Shown here: positions 45,564 to 54,929 of the stretch, piece after piece
How positions within the stretch are numbered: position 1 is the stretch's first letter
Layout of the letters: each line of letters starts with the position of its first letter
From: a virus
DNA length: 64,000 nucleotides
IMG/VR virus record: IMGVR_UViG_3300046673_000306
Span: 42,546-106,545 of that record
Reading direction: 5' to 3' (one strand)
Made by a program: the position numbers and the translations under genes
Notes under the pieces: model-generated
What the model was told of the DNA's origin: nothing
The model's database searches: none
What the model saw: the letters and a program-made list of their open reading frames with translations, nothing else

Positions 45564-46924
45564 CAGATGGCCTCCTCTGAGTAGGCGACGCTCTGGTTCG
45601 GGGTCGCGACACCGTAGATCGCGCCCGTGCAGTAGAGGGCGAGTGGGTACCCAGCCAGGCCCTGTAGGAGCTGGCCCGTGGTCGTGGTGACGGCGCTGCC
45701 CCCGATGAAGACATTGGTGGTCCCGAGGTTGGTGATGACGATGCGCTTGCGGCTGGTGTTCGCGGCGATGATAAGCGTCGGCGTGTTCCCGACCGAGACC
45801 TGGTTCGTGTTCAGAGTCGAGGCCCGCTGCGTCGTCACGACCGCAGCCGGGTCCGTCGCCGCCGCTGGCGTGCTCGCGGGCTTGATGACCATGGTCTGGA
45901 CCGCCAGCGGGTTCGAGGTGTCGCATAACCTCAGGGGGTTGGCGATGTAGAAGAGCGTGGGGTTGCTCGAGACCAGGCAGGATACGGTCGCGGTCCCGGT
46001 TATGGCGGCGATGGCCCTGACCCGGATATAGGACTTGCCCCCGACATTGGCCGCACCGAAGATGTTGGCCGTGAACGAGGACGCGAATATCGCGGTCCCA
46101 CCGACGTGGAGGGATCGGGTGACCCAGGTCGTGCCATCCCCTGAGACTTCCACTTGCAGGGTCCCGGTCCAGGTCCCCGTGATCTCCAATTGAGTGGTTT
46201 CGCACGAGGGCATCGCGAATGTGGCCGCGCTCCCCGCAGTTGGGGTCCCGGAGTACCAGGTCTGGCCGTCCGCGACTACGGTCGAGGTCGACCCCGTGTC
46301 CTGGACCGTTATAGTCTGCGAAGCCAGGGCGACGTCGGCCTGGGTATTCGCTGTCACCGTCCCCGAGACCGGCTGACTGGCCGGGAAATTAGAGACTGCC
46401 ACGGTCCCAGACACGGGCAGTGCCGTCTGATTAGAGGCAATAACCACGGGCAGGGACGCGGCCATCGCGGCCTGGCCCAGGGCTATGGGAGCGCCACCGA
46501 CCTCTGCCAGGTTCTCGCTGACGTCGAACGAGCCTCCGGCGATCGTGACCGGGATCGCGGCCTGCGTCGCGCTGACGGTCACGACCTGGGCGTTCACGGC
46601 GCCCACGGGGATGATCGATCCCAGGGTTCCGCTCGCCCCGTCCTTCAGGGTGACGGCCCCGACCGAGATCGAGCCGCTGAATGTGGCGTCGACCGAGAGC
46701 TGACCGTCGACCCAGTTTACGGGCTTGAACTGGCTGCTCAGGGGGTCGTAGGCGAAGACCTGCACGTGCTTGGGGTTGTCTGAGCCCTCAGGCAGGGGCA
46801 GGGGCACGTTGGGGGTGTTCACATTGGACGGGGCCGTCGGGGTGAACTGCGTCGGCACCTGTTTGGGAACGCCGTCGTAGTCCCCGGGTGCGAAGAACGG
46901 TGCTGGCAGCGAATCCGTAGGCAT
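45563..46924 (-). CDS. virion structural/fibre-like protein (MPTDSLP...)
   Basis: GQAAMAASLPVVIASNQ; LEITGTWTGTLQVEVSGDG..W; C-terminal RKRIVITNLG...FIG jelly-roll. Confidence 0.7.
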   Translation of the reverse strand: MPTDSLPAPFFAPGDYDGVPKQVPTQFTPTAPSNVNTPNVPLPLPEGSDNPKHVQVFAYDPLSSQFKPVNWVDGQLSVDATFSGSISVGAVTLKDGASGTLGSIIPVGAVNAQVVTVSATQAAIPVTIAGGSFDVSENLAEVGGAPIALGQAAMAASLPVVIASNQTALPVSGTVAVSNFPASQPVSGTVTANTQADVALASQTITVQDTGSTSTVVADGQTWYSGTPTAGSAATFAMPSCETTQLEITGTWTGTLQVEVSGDGTTWVTRSLHVGGTAIFASSFTANIFGAANVGGKSYIRVRAIAAITGTATVSCLVSSNPTLFYIANPLRLCDTSNPLAVQTMVIKPASTPAAATDPAAVVTTQRASTLNTNQVSVGNTPTLIIAANTSRKRIVITNLGTTNVFIGGSAVTTTTGQLLQGLAGYPLALYCTGAIYGVATPNQSVAYSEEAI

Positions 46925-46943
46925 GTGAACACCCCCTATGCGT

Positions 46944-47546
46944 CTATTCGATGATCCCGGACTCGACTCCGGCCCTGCGGACGATCCCGGCCCCGACTGT
47001 GGCTGTGGCCGTGGCCGCCTCAGGCGCGCCGTTGACACTGCCGCTGCGGATCAGCTCCGTCGGCTTCGCCGAGGTCTCCTCGGAACCAGGGATCAGCTCC
47101 CCGGAGTCCGTGCGGTTTCCCAGGAGGATGTCGGCGCGGAGCTTGGCCGCCTTCGCGATCTCCGGGTCCTTGTTGGCCATCCAGTCTTCCAGAGCGCTCA
47201 TGCTCGATGAGTCGCTGATGTCGCGGATCAGGTTCTGCCTGATCCGGTCCTGCATCTCGGCCTGGGTCGGCATACCGGTGTTCACCGGCGCCGGGCCCTT
47301 GGCCGCTCCTTCCCCGATGTCCAGGAGATGGCCCGTCCTGATCAGGGACGCGATCTCGTGCGCAGCGTCCACGACCTGGGATTTGCGGAAAGCCGTCCTC
47401 AAATCCAGAACCTGCCCGGGTCCTATCTCGATGCCGTTGAGCATCGACAGAACGATCTTCGAGTTCCTCGTCGCGTTCTTGATCACCGTATAGACCCGGC
47501 CCTCGTTGTCCCAACCGTCCGATCCCGCTGATGTCGGCATGTTCAT
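46944..47546 (-). CDS. hypothetical virion-associated protein
   Basis: AAGGAGG RBS; first gene after the capsid gene. Confidence 0.7.
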   Translation of the reverse strand: MNMPTSAGSDGWDNEGRVYTVIKNATRNSKIVLSMLNGIEIGPGQVLDLRTAFRKSQVVDAAHEIASLIRTGHLLDIGEGAAKGPAPVNTGMPTQAEMQDRIRQNLIRDISDSSSMSALEDWMANKDPEIAKAAKLRADILLGNRTDSGELIPGSEETSAKPTELIRSGSVNGAPEAATATATVGAGIVRRAGVESGIIE

Positions 47547-47626
47547 GCCCTCCTTGAATTTTTTTGTTGTAAGTTGACTTTCGCCGGGGTGTCTCCCCTA
47601 TCCACTGCCTCACGTTTGCGGACTTT

Positions 47627-47658
47627 GCCCGGGGCCCCTCGCGGGGCCCCGGGCTTTT
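47627..47658. terminator. 12-bp GC hairpin after the major capsid gene
   Basis: GCCCGGGGCCCC-tcgc-GGGGCCCCGGGC; T tract only on the + strand. Confidence 0.55.
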
Positions 47659-47671
47659 CAACCGCCCTCGT

Positions 47672-48553
47672 TTAGAACGGAACGAAGGTGGGTTTGCCCG
47701 TGACGTTGATCCGGGAGCAGGCGCGGGGGTTGACCACCGCGATTCCCAGTTCCTCGTACACGACCCAGCCCAGGCGCAGGCGCTCGGGCTTGTCCGCAGG
47801 GATGACGTTGACGTCCTGGCGGATCGGGATCACGCCCGTGAACTCGGGCTCGGCGATGACCCAGATGGTCCCGCGCGGCACGATCTTGGAGACCAGGATA
47901 TCCAGGGTCCAGAGGTGGCCGACGAGGCCGGTCTGGAGGACTTCCCGCTGGGTCACGGGATCGAACTGATCCCGCCCGAACTTCATGAGGTCGGAGTACT
48001 CGGAGAAGTTCATGACGAACTTCCCGGGCACGAGGTCCCATTTCCCGATCTCAGCGAGGCCGCTGACCAGAGCGTCTCGGGTCAACTGGTTGGCCACGGT
48101 CGTCTCGGGGTTCAGCAGGTTGCTGGACCGATCGATGGCGTTGAAGACGTTCCGGTCTTCCTCGGCCATCAGATCGAGCTTCGCGCGCTGCTGGGCGCGG
48201 TCGATCAGGTTGTAGCGGCGCTCCTTGACCTGACTGAACCGCACCTGGGGGTAAGACACGATCTCCCAGGTCCCGACGGTGATGCGCTCGCCCTCCACGA
48301 TCGAGTCCGGCGCGGAGCCGCGCTTGGAGACCACGATCACGGGGATTTTCACGTCCTTGTCGTAAACCGGCAAGGCGCCCTGAGGCAGGGGGTCCACGAC
48401 GAGGAGCTTCCGTCCGATGCCTTGATAGTCCAAGGACAAGCGGATCGGGTTGGCCATGCTGCTGGCCAGCGCCATGCGACCGGCTTCGGTCTTCAGCGCT
48501 TCCTCGATCAGGAACTCCTTCTGCTCGGGGGTCATCGTTGCTTGTGCGTTCAT
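47672..48553 (-). CDS. major capsid protein (HK97 fold)
   Basis: MANPIR..LDYQGIGRKLLVVDPLPQGALPVYDKD; EEDR..F; GWVVYEELGIAVVNPR; AAGGAGGAGG RBS; synteny. Confidence 0.85.
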   Translation of the reverse strand: MNAQATMTPEQKEFLIEEALKTEAGRMALASSMANPIRLSLDYQGIGRKLLVVDPLPQGALPVYDKDVKIPVIVVSKRGSAPDSIVEGERITVGTWEIVSYPQVRFSQVKERRYNLIDRAQQRAKLDLMAEEDRNVFNAIDRSSNLLNPETTVANQLTRDALVSGLAEIGKWDLVPGKFVMNFSEYSDLMKFGRDQFDPVTQREVLQTGLVGHLWTLDILVSKIVPRGTIWVIAEPEFTGVIPIRQDVNVIPADKPERLRLGWVVYEELGIAVVNPRACSRINVTGKPTFVPF

Positions 48554-48649
48554 GCTGACCTCCTCCTTCGATGCGCGGGCCACTGGCCGTCCGGGCCCGT
48601 CGCGGTGCGACGTCTGCGTCTGCGGCGTGAGACTCGTCTCAGGTCAGCT

Positions 48650-49207
48650 CTAGCTGACCTGCCAGTGGAATCCCAGGAGCACGCCGTTGGCCAGGTCCGG
48701 GACCTGGAAGACGTGCCCGACCCTCTTCCCCGTGCTGGTGATCGGGGGTCCGGCGCTGTAGCCTGCGGCCTTGGTCAGGTCGATGGTCAGCAGACCCCGC
48801 ACCGGATCGGCGACGCCGGAGCCAGCCACGACGTAGAGGTCCATGCCCACGAGGTACGGAGCGTTGGCCGGAGTCAGGTCGAACTGGTCCGTGAAGTAGT
48901 CCCCGAAGAAGGCGTAGTACGTCACCTTCCCGGACTTCAGCGTGTCGATGAAGGAATCCGCGAAGATTCCCTCGGGCTGCGTGCCATCGGAGATGGTCAC
49001 AGCCAAAGTCCCGTCGGTCTCGGCCACGAGCTGGGCGATCTTGCCCGCCGCGAAGCCGAGTTCCTGCTCGCCGTAGGGCTTCTGCAAGCCCAGGGCCGAG
49101 GCCCCGAGCAGCTCGGCGGTCACGCCGCCGAACGCAGCTTCCACTCCGGAGAACAGCTTCTTGTCACCGATCGGAACGCCCTCGTACATCCCTTGCGTTC
49201 TGAGCAT
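48650..49207 (-). CDS. capsid decoration/cement protein
   Basis: SGKVT.Y..G.Y.TDQFD..Y.VG..LY..GLLT pattern; between scaffold and capsid. Confidence 0.65.
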   Translation of the reverse strand: MLRTQGMYEGVPIGDKKLFSGVEAAFGGVTAELLGASALGLQKPYGEQELGFAAGKIAQLVAETDGTLAVTISDGTQPEGIFADSFIDTLKSGKVTYYAFFGDYFTDQFDLTPANAPYLVGMDLYVVAGSGVADPVRGLLTIDLTKAAGYSAGPPITSTGKRVGHVFQVPDLANGVLLGFHWQVS

Positions 49208-49276
49208 TTCCGTTCCTCCTTACTCAGGCGTTGCCGCGCACTGTGCCGTCGGCGGCTTCCGCCCTATATCTCTCGC

Positions 49277-52231
49277 TTACGCCTCTGCCTTGGGAGTCGG
49301 CGGCACGCGCCACAGCGATCCCAGCTGCTCCTGCAACCCGCCGGTGCTGACGCTGCTGGCGGGGAGCACGGTCGCGGTCTTGAGGCCGCCACCGGCGGCG
49401 GCCATGCGGATCAGGTCCCGGGCCGTGGTCTTGCCCGCCTCCTTCTTCTCGCCGTCCTTGCCCTCCTCCTTCTTGTCCTCGGGCTTGGGCGCCGCAACCT
49501 TGTTCATGTTCTGCACGATCTCCGCCGTGGCCGAGAACGAGGTCTCGTCCCCGACCATGAGCTTGTCGATGAACGAGGCCTTCTTGTCCTCGTTGAGCAG
49601 GCCCTTGTCGATGGCGACGTCGGCCAGGGCCAGGGCCCTGGTCGCCTTCGCCCGCATCTCCATGTCCTTCTGGAGCGCGTCGCTGCGGTGCTCCTGGGCG
49701 GCCACGGTCTTCTTGAGCGCGGCCAACTCCTTGGCCATCGCCTGCCGCTGCTCGTACTGCTTCACCAGCTCCCGGGCGAACTCGGCGCTGCCGTAGGCCT
49801 TGGTGTAGAAGGCCAGTAGGTCCTTGCCCTCCAGACCGGGGTTGTCCGCCGGTCCCGAGGTCAGGGCCTTCTCCGGGGCAGCGGGGCGCGAGGTCTGGTA
49901 CTCGTTGAAGGCGCCGGAGGAACCGGCAGCCTGCCGGACCATGGGCGAGACCCCGAGGAGCCTCGCGGTCTTGGCCAGGCCCTCGTACTTGACCGAGGCC
50001 AGCAGCTTCTTGCCGTAATCCCGGGTCGCGAACCAGGCGAAGGCTTCCGCCTGCTTCTGGGCGGTCTTTACCGGGTACGCGTCCGCAGCGCAGAGCTTGA
50101 GCACGGTCTCGCCGTTGCGCAGGACCTCCCAGTAGGAGGCCAGGACGTCGGCCTTGGCGGAGTCGGCCTTGGACGCGACCTTGAGGAACTGGGCCTTCCA
50201 CTCGGAGCCCTTGCGGAGTTCGTTGATCTGGGCGCGCCGAGTCCCGGCGTCGAGCTTGGTGTTGCTCGCGATCATCTCCACGGCCTCGTCCTCGGCCCCG
50301 AAGTCCATCGGGCCCTTGGCCCCGGGCAGACCCTCTCCAACCTCGGGCTTGGACGGGCCCTTCTTGTCCTCGGCTTCGGCCCCGCCCTCGGCCTTCTCCT
50401 CCGCCTTCTCGCCCTTCTCCTTCTTCTTCGCGAGTTCGGGGTGGCCCATCTCCTTGAGGAGCTTGATGATGGTCTGCTCCATGTCTTCGACGGTCTCGCC
50501 CAGGGCCTCAAGGAGGTCCAGGGTCTGATCGGCGGCGCCGGTGCCGTGGGGCTTGTCCTTGGACGACTTCACCTCCTCGTGGGAGTCCTCGGCCATCTCA
50601 TTGATGTCGGGGAGGACGGCGGCGATGACGGCGAGGCGGTCCAGGGTATTGGCCATGGCCTCGGCGAAGGGCAGGCCCGTGCGGACGCCGGAGGCCTTGG
50701 CCAGCTCCTTCTCCCCCTTCTCGATCTGGGAGTTGAGGTTGTTCAGCTTCTCCTCGGAGCCCTTGTCCTCGGAGGTGATGCCTTTTAGCGCGGTCTTCCA
50801 CTCGTTGACCTGCTTCCGGAGTTCGTCCCGGCCCTCGGCCTTCTGGAGCTTGCCCTCGTAGCCGGTGTCGGCGGCGGTCTTGACGGGACCGTACGCGGCC
50901 CAGAGGCGGCTCATCATCGGGCTGAACGGGTGCGTATCGTTCTTACGCTGGGCGTGCTCGGTGCTGATCTCGCCCTTGGTCTTCCCCGCCGCGCCCGCGA
51001 AGTCCATGTCGCTGGCCTCGTCCTTGTTGTAGTGGCGGCGCTTCAGGTGCAGCCGCAGCGCGACGTCGTCGGAGGCGATGACGTCCTGGAGCGCGGCGAC
51101 GCGGGTGATGAGTTCGCGCTTCATCAGCGCGAGCGTCGGCAGCTTCTCCTGGAGTTCCTTGTTGATGGGGCGGTCCGTCGCGGGCTCCTTCTCGAAGCGG
51201 CGCTCGTCGGCCTTGTTCTTCTTCCAGTAGGACTCGGCCTCCTCGTCGCGGTTGTCCTCGTCGCGCTTGTAGCGCTGCTTGTTCTCGGGCATCGGCGCCA
51301 CGGGCCGGTCCTTCTTCTCGGCGGTGACGGCGGCGGCCTTCTCCGTGCCGCCGTCGCCCATGGAGGCTGCGCCTTCCTTGGGGTCCTGGGCCGCGCCGTC
51401 ACCGGCGGGGTCGATCAGGGCGCCCTCGACTTTGGCGCGCCGGGACATCTCGGCCTTGATCGCGGCGACCACGTCCCTGCGCGAGGTCCTGCCGGAGAGG
51501 GACGCGCCCTTCTCGGCGCCGCCGTCGCCCAGGGTCTTGGCCGACTGCTGGGGGTTCTTGGCCGGGTCTCCGGAGACCTTGCCCTGGCCGCCGTCCTCGG
51601 TCTTGCCCGCACCGGGGTGCTCGCCGACTTCGGTCGCGGCCTTCCTGATCTTCTCGGCTCCGGAGAGCACGGCCTGGGCCCGGGCCACGATCTGGTCGAC
51701 CTCGGCGCTGGCGTGCAGGGACTTGTAGGGGTCGGTGGTCCCGACCTGGGACTCGACCTGGGTCTCGACCGCCTTCTCGATGGCGGGGTGCTGCTTGCTG
51801 CTCAGCATCTCGGCCTGGGTCTTCTCGACGCTGCCCAGGGCTCCATCATTGGACTTGTCCTGGGAGACTTCCTGGCCGGGGAGGCCCTCGACGGCGGCGG
51901 TCACGGCCCCGGCGATCGTCGCGGGGATCGCGGAGTCCCCGTTGTGGGGGTCGTTGGCGCGGGCCAGCGCCATGAGATCGGTTGCGGGCACGTCCTGCCG
52001 GGCCGCAGCGGCGGCCATCGCCTTCACGTCCACGAGCTTCCCGTCCCGGACTTCTCCGGGAGCGTTCGAGGCCTGGCTTCGCGTCACTTTCATGGTGTTG
52101 TCCCCCACAGTATTTTCTTGGCCGCTGGCTGCGGTCGCATCGGGGTTGCCCCCAAATTTGGCCTGGATGATCTTGTTGAGCATCCCGGACTTTTCGGCGA
52201 TGACCTGGTGCAGCGGCTTCTCGTCCTTCAT
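49277..52231 (-). CDS. scaffolding/head core protein
   Basis: Highly charged, coiled-coil ORF between protease and capsid; GAGGGAGGAG RBS before ATG 52231. Confidence 0.7.
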   Translation of the reverse strand: MKDEKPLHQVIAEKSGMLNKIIQAKFGGNPDATAASGQENTVGDNTMKVTRSQASNAPGEVRDGKLVDVKAMAAAAARQDVPATDLMALARANDPHNGDSAIPATIAGAVTAAVEGLPGQEVSQDKSNDGALGSVEKTQAEMLSSKQHPAIEKAVETQVESQVGTTDPYKSLHASAEVDQIVARAQAVLSGAEKIRKAATEVGEHPGAGKTEDGGQGKVSGDPAKNPQQSAKTLGDGGAEKGASLSGRTSRRDVVAAIKAEMSRRAKVEGALIDPAGDGAAQDPKEGAASMGDGGTEKAAAVTAEKKDRPVAPMPENKQRYKRDEDNRDEEAESYWKKNKADERRFEKEPATDRPINKELQEKLPTLALMKRELITRVAALQDVIASDDVALRLHLKRRHYNKDEASDMDFAGAAGKTKGEISTEHAQRKNDTHPFSPMMSRLWAAYGPVKTAADTGYEGKLQKAEGRDELRKQVNEWKTALKGITSEDKGSEEKLNNLNSQIEKGEKELAKASGVRTGLPFAEAMANTLDRLAVIAAVLPDINEMAEDSHEEVKSSKDKPHGTGAADQTLDLLEALGETVEDMEQTIIKLLKEMGHPELAKKKEKGEKAEEKAEGGAEAEDKKGPSKPEVGEGLPGAKGPMDFGAEDEAVEMIASNTKLDAGTRRAQINELRKGSEWKAQFLKVASKADSAKADVLASYWEVLRNGETVLKLCAADAYPVKTAQKQAEAFAWFATRDYGKKLLASVKYEGLAKTARLLGVSPMVRQAAGSSGAFNEYQTSRPAAPEKALTSGPADNPGLEGKDLLAFYTKAYGSAEFARELVKQYEQRQAMAKELAALKKTVAAQEHRSDALQKDMEMRAKATRALALADVAIDKGLLNEDKKASFIDKLMVGDETSFSATAEIVQNMNKVAAPKPEDKKEEGKDGEKKEAGKTTARDLIRMAAAGGGLKTATVLPASSVSTGGLQEQLGSLWRVPPTPKAEA

Positions 52232-52244
52232 CTGCTCCTCCCTC

Positions 52245-52282
52245 AAAACAAAAAGCCAGCAACCTTGCGTGGTTGCTGGCTT
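52245..52282 (-). terminator. intrinsic terminator directly upstream of the scaffold RBS
   Basis: AAGCCAGCAACC-acgcaa-GGTTGCTGGCTT followed by TTTGTTTT. Confidence 0.75.
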
Positions 52283-52373
52283 GCTGGCTTGCTGGCTTGA
52301 CCTTTCGGTCTCGCGCGCTCGCTGACTCGCTCGCGGGCGCCCTTGCCTAAGGGGCTACGACGGCGGTGTCATC

Positions 52374-52535
52374 TTACATAGCTTTGTTCAGGTATAGACC
52401 GCTGGTCTTCGGCGCAAAATTCATGGTGTAGACCTTGGACTCCCCGTTGGGGAGCCGCAGCGTTATCGTCTTCGGCAGATCGTAGATGTTGAGCACGATC
52501 TCGGTATTTTGGTCCTTGGCCACTTCCTCTGCCAT
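52374..52535 (-). CDS. 53-aa hypothetical protein (MAEEVAKDQ...SGLYLNKAM)
   Basis: Read by hand; open frame filling the protease-scaffold gap. Confidence 0.55.
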   Translation of the reverse strand: MAEEVAKDQNTEIVLNIYDLPKTITLRLPNGESKVYTMNFAPKTSGLYLNKAM

Positions 52536-52564
52536 ATTATGTATCAAGTCCTCAATTTAGTCAA
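52536..52564 (-). promoter_or_regulatory. candidate sigma70-type promoter for the capsid genes
   Basis: TTGACT-17 nt-CATAAT in an AT-rich patch. Confidence 0.5.
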
Positions 52565-52565
52565 G

Positions 52566-54701
52566 CTACGCCAGGATGGCCTGCGCGATCCCCATGTCCA
52601 GGAGGTTGCTCACCTTCTGCCAGTCGCAGAGGCAGTTCTTGTTCAGCTCGGACTCGGCCTCGGCCAATATCTCGGCCATGCGCGCCTGGCCCTTGACCTT
52701 GCGCAGCGCCGCGATCTTCTCCAGGTGCTTGGCCTTGGTGTCGGCGCCGACGGTGACCCACGACTCCTCGATGAACTCGACGCCGCGATTGTCCTCGGCG
52801 GCGAGCACGTTCTTCCACCCGGTCTCGGGGCCGCTGTACTGCTGCCCCTTCCAGTTCTTGACATGGGGGCAGTACTCGGCCTCGTTGTGGGCGACGTTCG
52901 CGCAGATCGTGCAGATGGAGTAGGCGACGCGGCAGTTGTGGACGGCCATGCCGTTGGCCACGAAGGACTCGTCGCCTTCCACTTGAAGGTCGACGACTGG
53001 TCCGTAGTACTTGACGATCTCTTTGGACTTGATCGGTGTCCAGATGCACCCGTCCTGGATGAATTTGTTGTGGTGCGGCCTCTTGGGCTCCACTATGGAA
53101 ACCTTAGAGACCGAAGAGAGCTTCTGGGAATAGGTGCATCCCACGGCGACCTGGAACTCCACGGTGTCCTTCCTCACGACGGAGTTCTTGGAGGGCTTGT
53201 GCTTCAAGACCTGGATGTTCGCGATGATCCCGCAGCGCGCGAAGATGGACTGGGCCTGACGCGCTAGGACCTCGGAGGAGGTTGAGTAATAGACCATCCC
53301 CGTCTTGGTCTGGAAGCCGTCGCCATTGATCATGGCTCCGAGCATCTCCATCTGGACGGAGGGGTCCCAGAGGGTGACCTCGTTGGACAGTGACTTGGTC
53401 TTGGCGCCCCGGCCCGCATGGTCCGTGAAGACCTTGGGCCAAACGCGATCGTGGACCTCCAGGTAGAGGCCGTTCCGTTCCTCGCAGACTCTGGCGTGGG
53501 CCTCTTTGCCCATGACCTTCTTGCAGAGGTTGGCGATCTCCTCGGCGATCTTCCCCTCATTGATGTTGAGGGCGAACCCCACCCCGGACATCTTCCCGTC
53601 CTGGGTGATGATCCAGCCCTCGGAGATGTAGTAGCCCAGGAGGCGCGCGAAATCCTTGTTGGAGAAGGTGCTGGGCTTCACCTCGGTGGGGAAGGGGATG
53701 CCCACGTAGTCGCCCACCTTTATGTCTGCGGCAGAGACGAAATTCGGGGAAACTTCGCGGGGCTCCAAGAGAGCGGTCCTATTCCTTTGGCGCTCGTACC
53801 CCGATTCCTCCATCCGCTTCAAGTGGCGCTGGTGGCTCATGCGGGAGCGCCACATGTTCTGCTCTTTCCTTCTCTGGGCCGAGATGGACCAGATGGGGTG
53901 GTCCCCCGTGAAGACCGTGGCGGTGAGGCCCTCGGCCTTGATCGAGACGACGGTGCCCTCGATCTGGGAGACCTGCACCGCCTTGACGATCTTGGGGCGA
54001 CCGCAGTGGGTGACGACCTCGACCCCGGGGATCATGTGCCCGGCCATCACGGTCTCCCCGGAGGCCAAGAGAACGAGGGATTCGGGGTGGACGGCGCCCA
54101 TCGATACGTCTGTGATGTATCCGCTGTCGATGCCCCGGACCAGCATCGGGTCCTTGGTCCGGTCCACGGCGAGCAGGAGTTCGACGCCCTTAACCCGATG
54201 GTTCGGTACCGCGTCGAGGATGATGCCGACGGCGTCAGCGACCTTGGAGTTGTTGTGGTCCTTATAGTTGCCTTTCCCGACGAAGGTCTGGTACACGCTC
54301 TTCCCCACCATACTGCCCTCTCGGATCAGGCGCAGGAGTTCGGGCTCGTTGGCGTCGTCCTTGGAGCCCCAGCGGAAGAGGTCGCCGTTCGTGTTCGGCC
54401 AGTCCCCGTGCAGGCCCATGACCCGGTAGAAGCTGAACTCGGGGTTCATCGGGGCCACGCGCTGGACGTTGATCGCCTTCTTGTAGTCGTCGAGCAGGGC
54501 CGCGTACTTCTGCGGGGCCTCGGCGATCTTCAGACCGAAAGCGGTGCGCTCCACGAAGTGGTGCTCGCACCGGGGCCGGACAACGCCCGCCGTCCGGAAG
54601 AGGGCGCACTCGGGGCAGGAGCCGTCGGCGCGCTCCACGACCTTGCCGCCGAAGGACGCGTACTTCAGCCAACCGCCGCTGGGGAGCGCGATCTGGTTCA
54701 T
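52566..54701 (-). CDS. prohead protease (with intein)
   Basis: PNTNGDLF..TFVGKGNYKDH..AVGIILDA..VELL..VD..ITDVSMG|CRVAYSICTIC..YCPH..FIEESWV..GAD..A. Confidence 0.8.
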   Translation of the reverse strand: MNQIALPSGGWLKYASFGGKVVERADGSCPECALFRTAGVVRPRCEHHFVERTAFGLKIAEAPQKYAALLDDYKKAINVQRVAPMNPEFSFYRVMGLHGDWPNTNGDLFRWGSKDDANEPELLRLIREGSMVGKSVYQTFVGKGNYKDHNNSKVADAVGIILDAVPNHRVKGVELLLAVDRTKDPMLVRGIDSGYITDVSMGAVHPESLVLLASGETVMAGHMIPGVEVVTHCGRPKIVKAVQVSQIEGTVVSIKAEGLTATVFTGDHPIWSISAQRRKEQNMWRSRMSHQRHLKRMEESGYERQRNRTALLEPREVSPNFVSAADIKVGDYVGIPFPTEVKPSTFSNKDFARLLGYYISEGWIITQDGKMSGVGFALNINEGKIAEEIANLCKKVMGKEAHARVCEERNGLYLEVHDRVWPKVFTDHAGRGAKTKSLSNEVTLWDPSVQMEMLGAMINGDGFQTKTGMVYYSTSSEVLARQAQSIFARCGIIANIQVLKHKPSKNSVVRKDTVEFQVAVGCTYSQKLSSVSKVSIVEPKRPHHNKFIQDGCIWTPIKSKEIVKYYGPVVDLQVEGDESFVANGMAVHNCRVAYSICTICANVAHNEAEYCPHVKNWKGQQYSGPETGWKNVLAAEDNRGVEFIEESWVTVGADTKAKHLEKIAALRKVKGQARMAEILAEAESELNKNCLCDWQKVSNLLDMGIAQAILA
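52935..54095 (-). mobile_element. intein with LAGLIDADG endonuclease, Ala at position 1 (387 aa)
   Basis: AVHPESLVLLASG; FTGDHPIW; LLGYYISEG; MINGDG; VVDLQV..SFVANGMAVHN|C. Confidence 0.85.
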
Positions 54702-54928
54702 AGGGGTTTCCTCTCGTTGGTGCTGCTGGGATTTATGATCATCCCGCACTTCGGGCAGAAGACGGTGCCGTCGGCGCTGGCCTGGGCCAGGACGCGGCAG
54801 TTCGGGCACGAGACGTTCAGTTCTGGGATCATAGGCTGGGCCTTGGACTTGGGGTCGACCCAGCCCGCCGCCGGATCGAAGCCCAGTACCTTTGACTCCT
54901 TCGGTGCTCCTTGCTTGATCATGCTCAT
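54698..54928 (-). CDS. small Zn-ribbon protein
   Basis: CPNC...CPKC; overlap-coupled to its neighbours. Confidence 0.6.
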   Translation of the reverse strand: MSMIKQGAPKESKVLGFDPAAGWVDPKSKAQPMIPELNVSCPNCRVLAQASADGTVFCPKCGMIINPSSTNERKPL

Positions 54929-54929
54929 A

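Noticed and set aside
52275-52298. CRISPR-like or iteron array
   Set aside because: Only three contiguous 8-mers with no spacers.
52245-52373. Known riboswitch (for example c-di-GMP-I) in the scaffold leader
   Set aside because: A GAAA tetraloop is present, but I could not match the rest of a known consensus; kept only as an unexplained structured leader.
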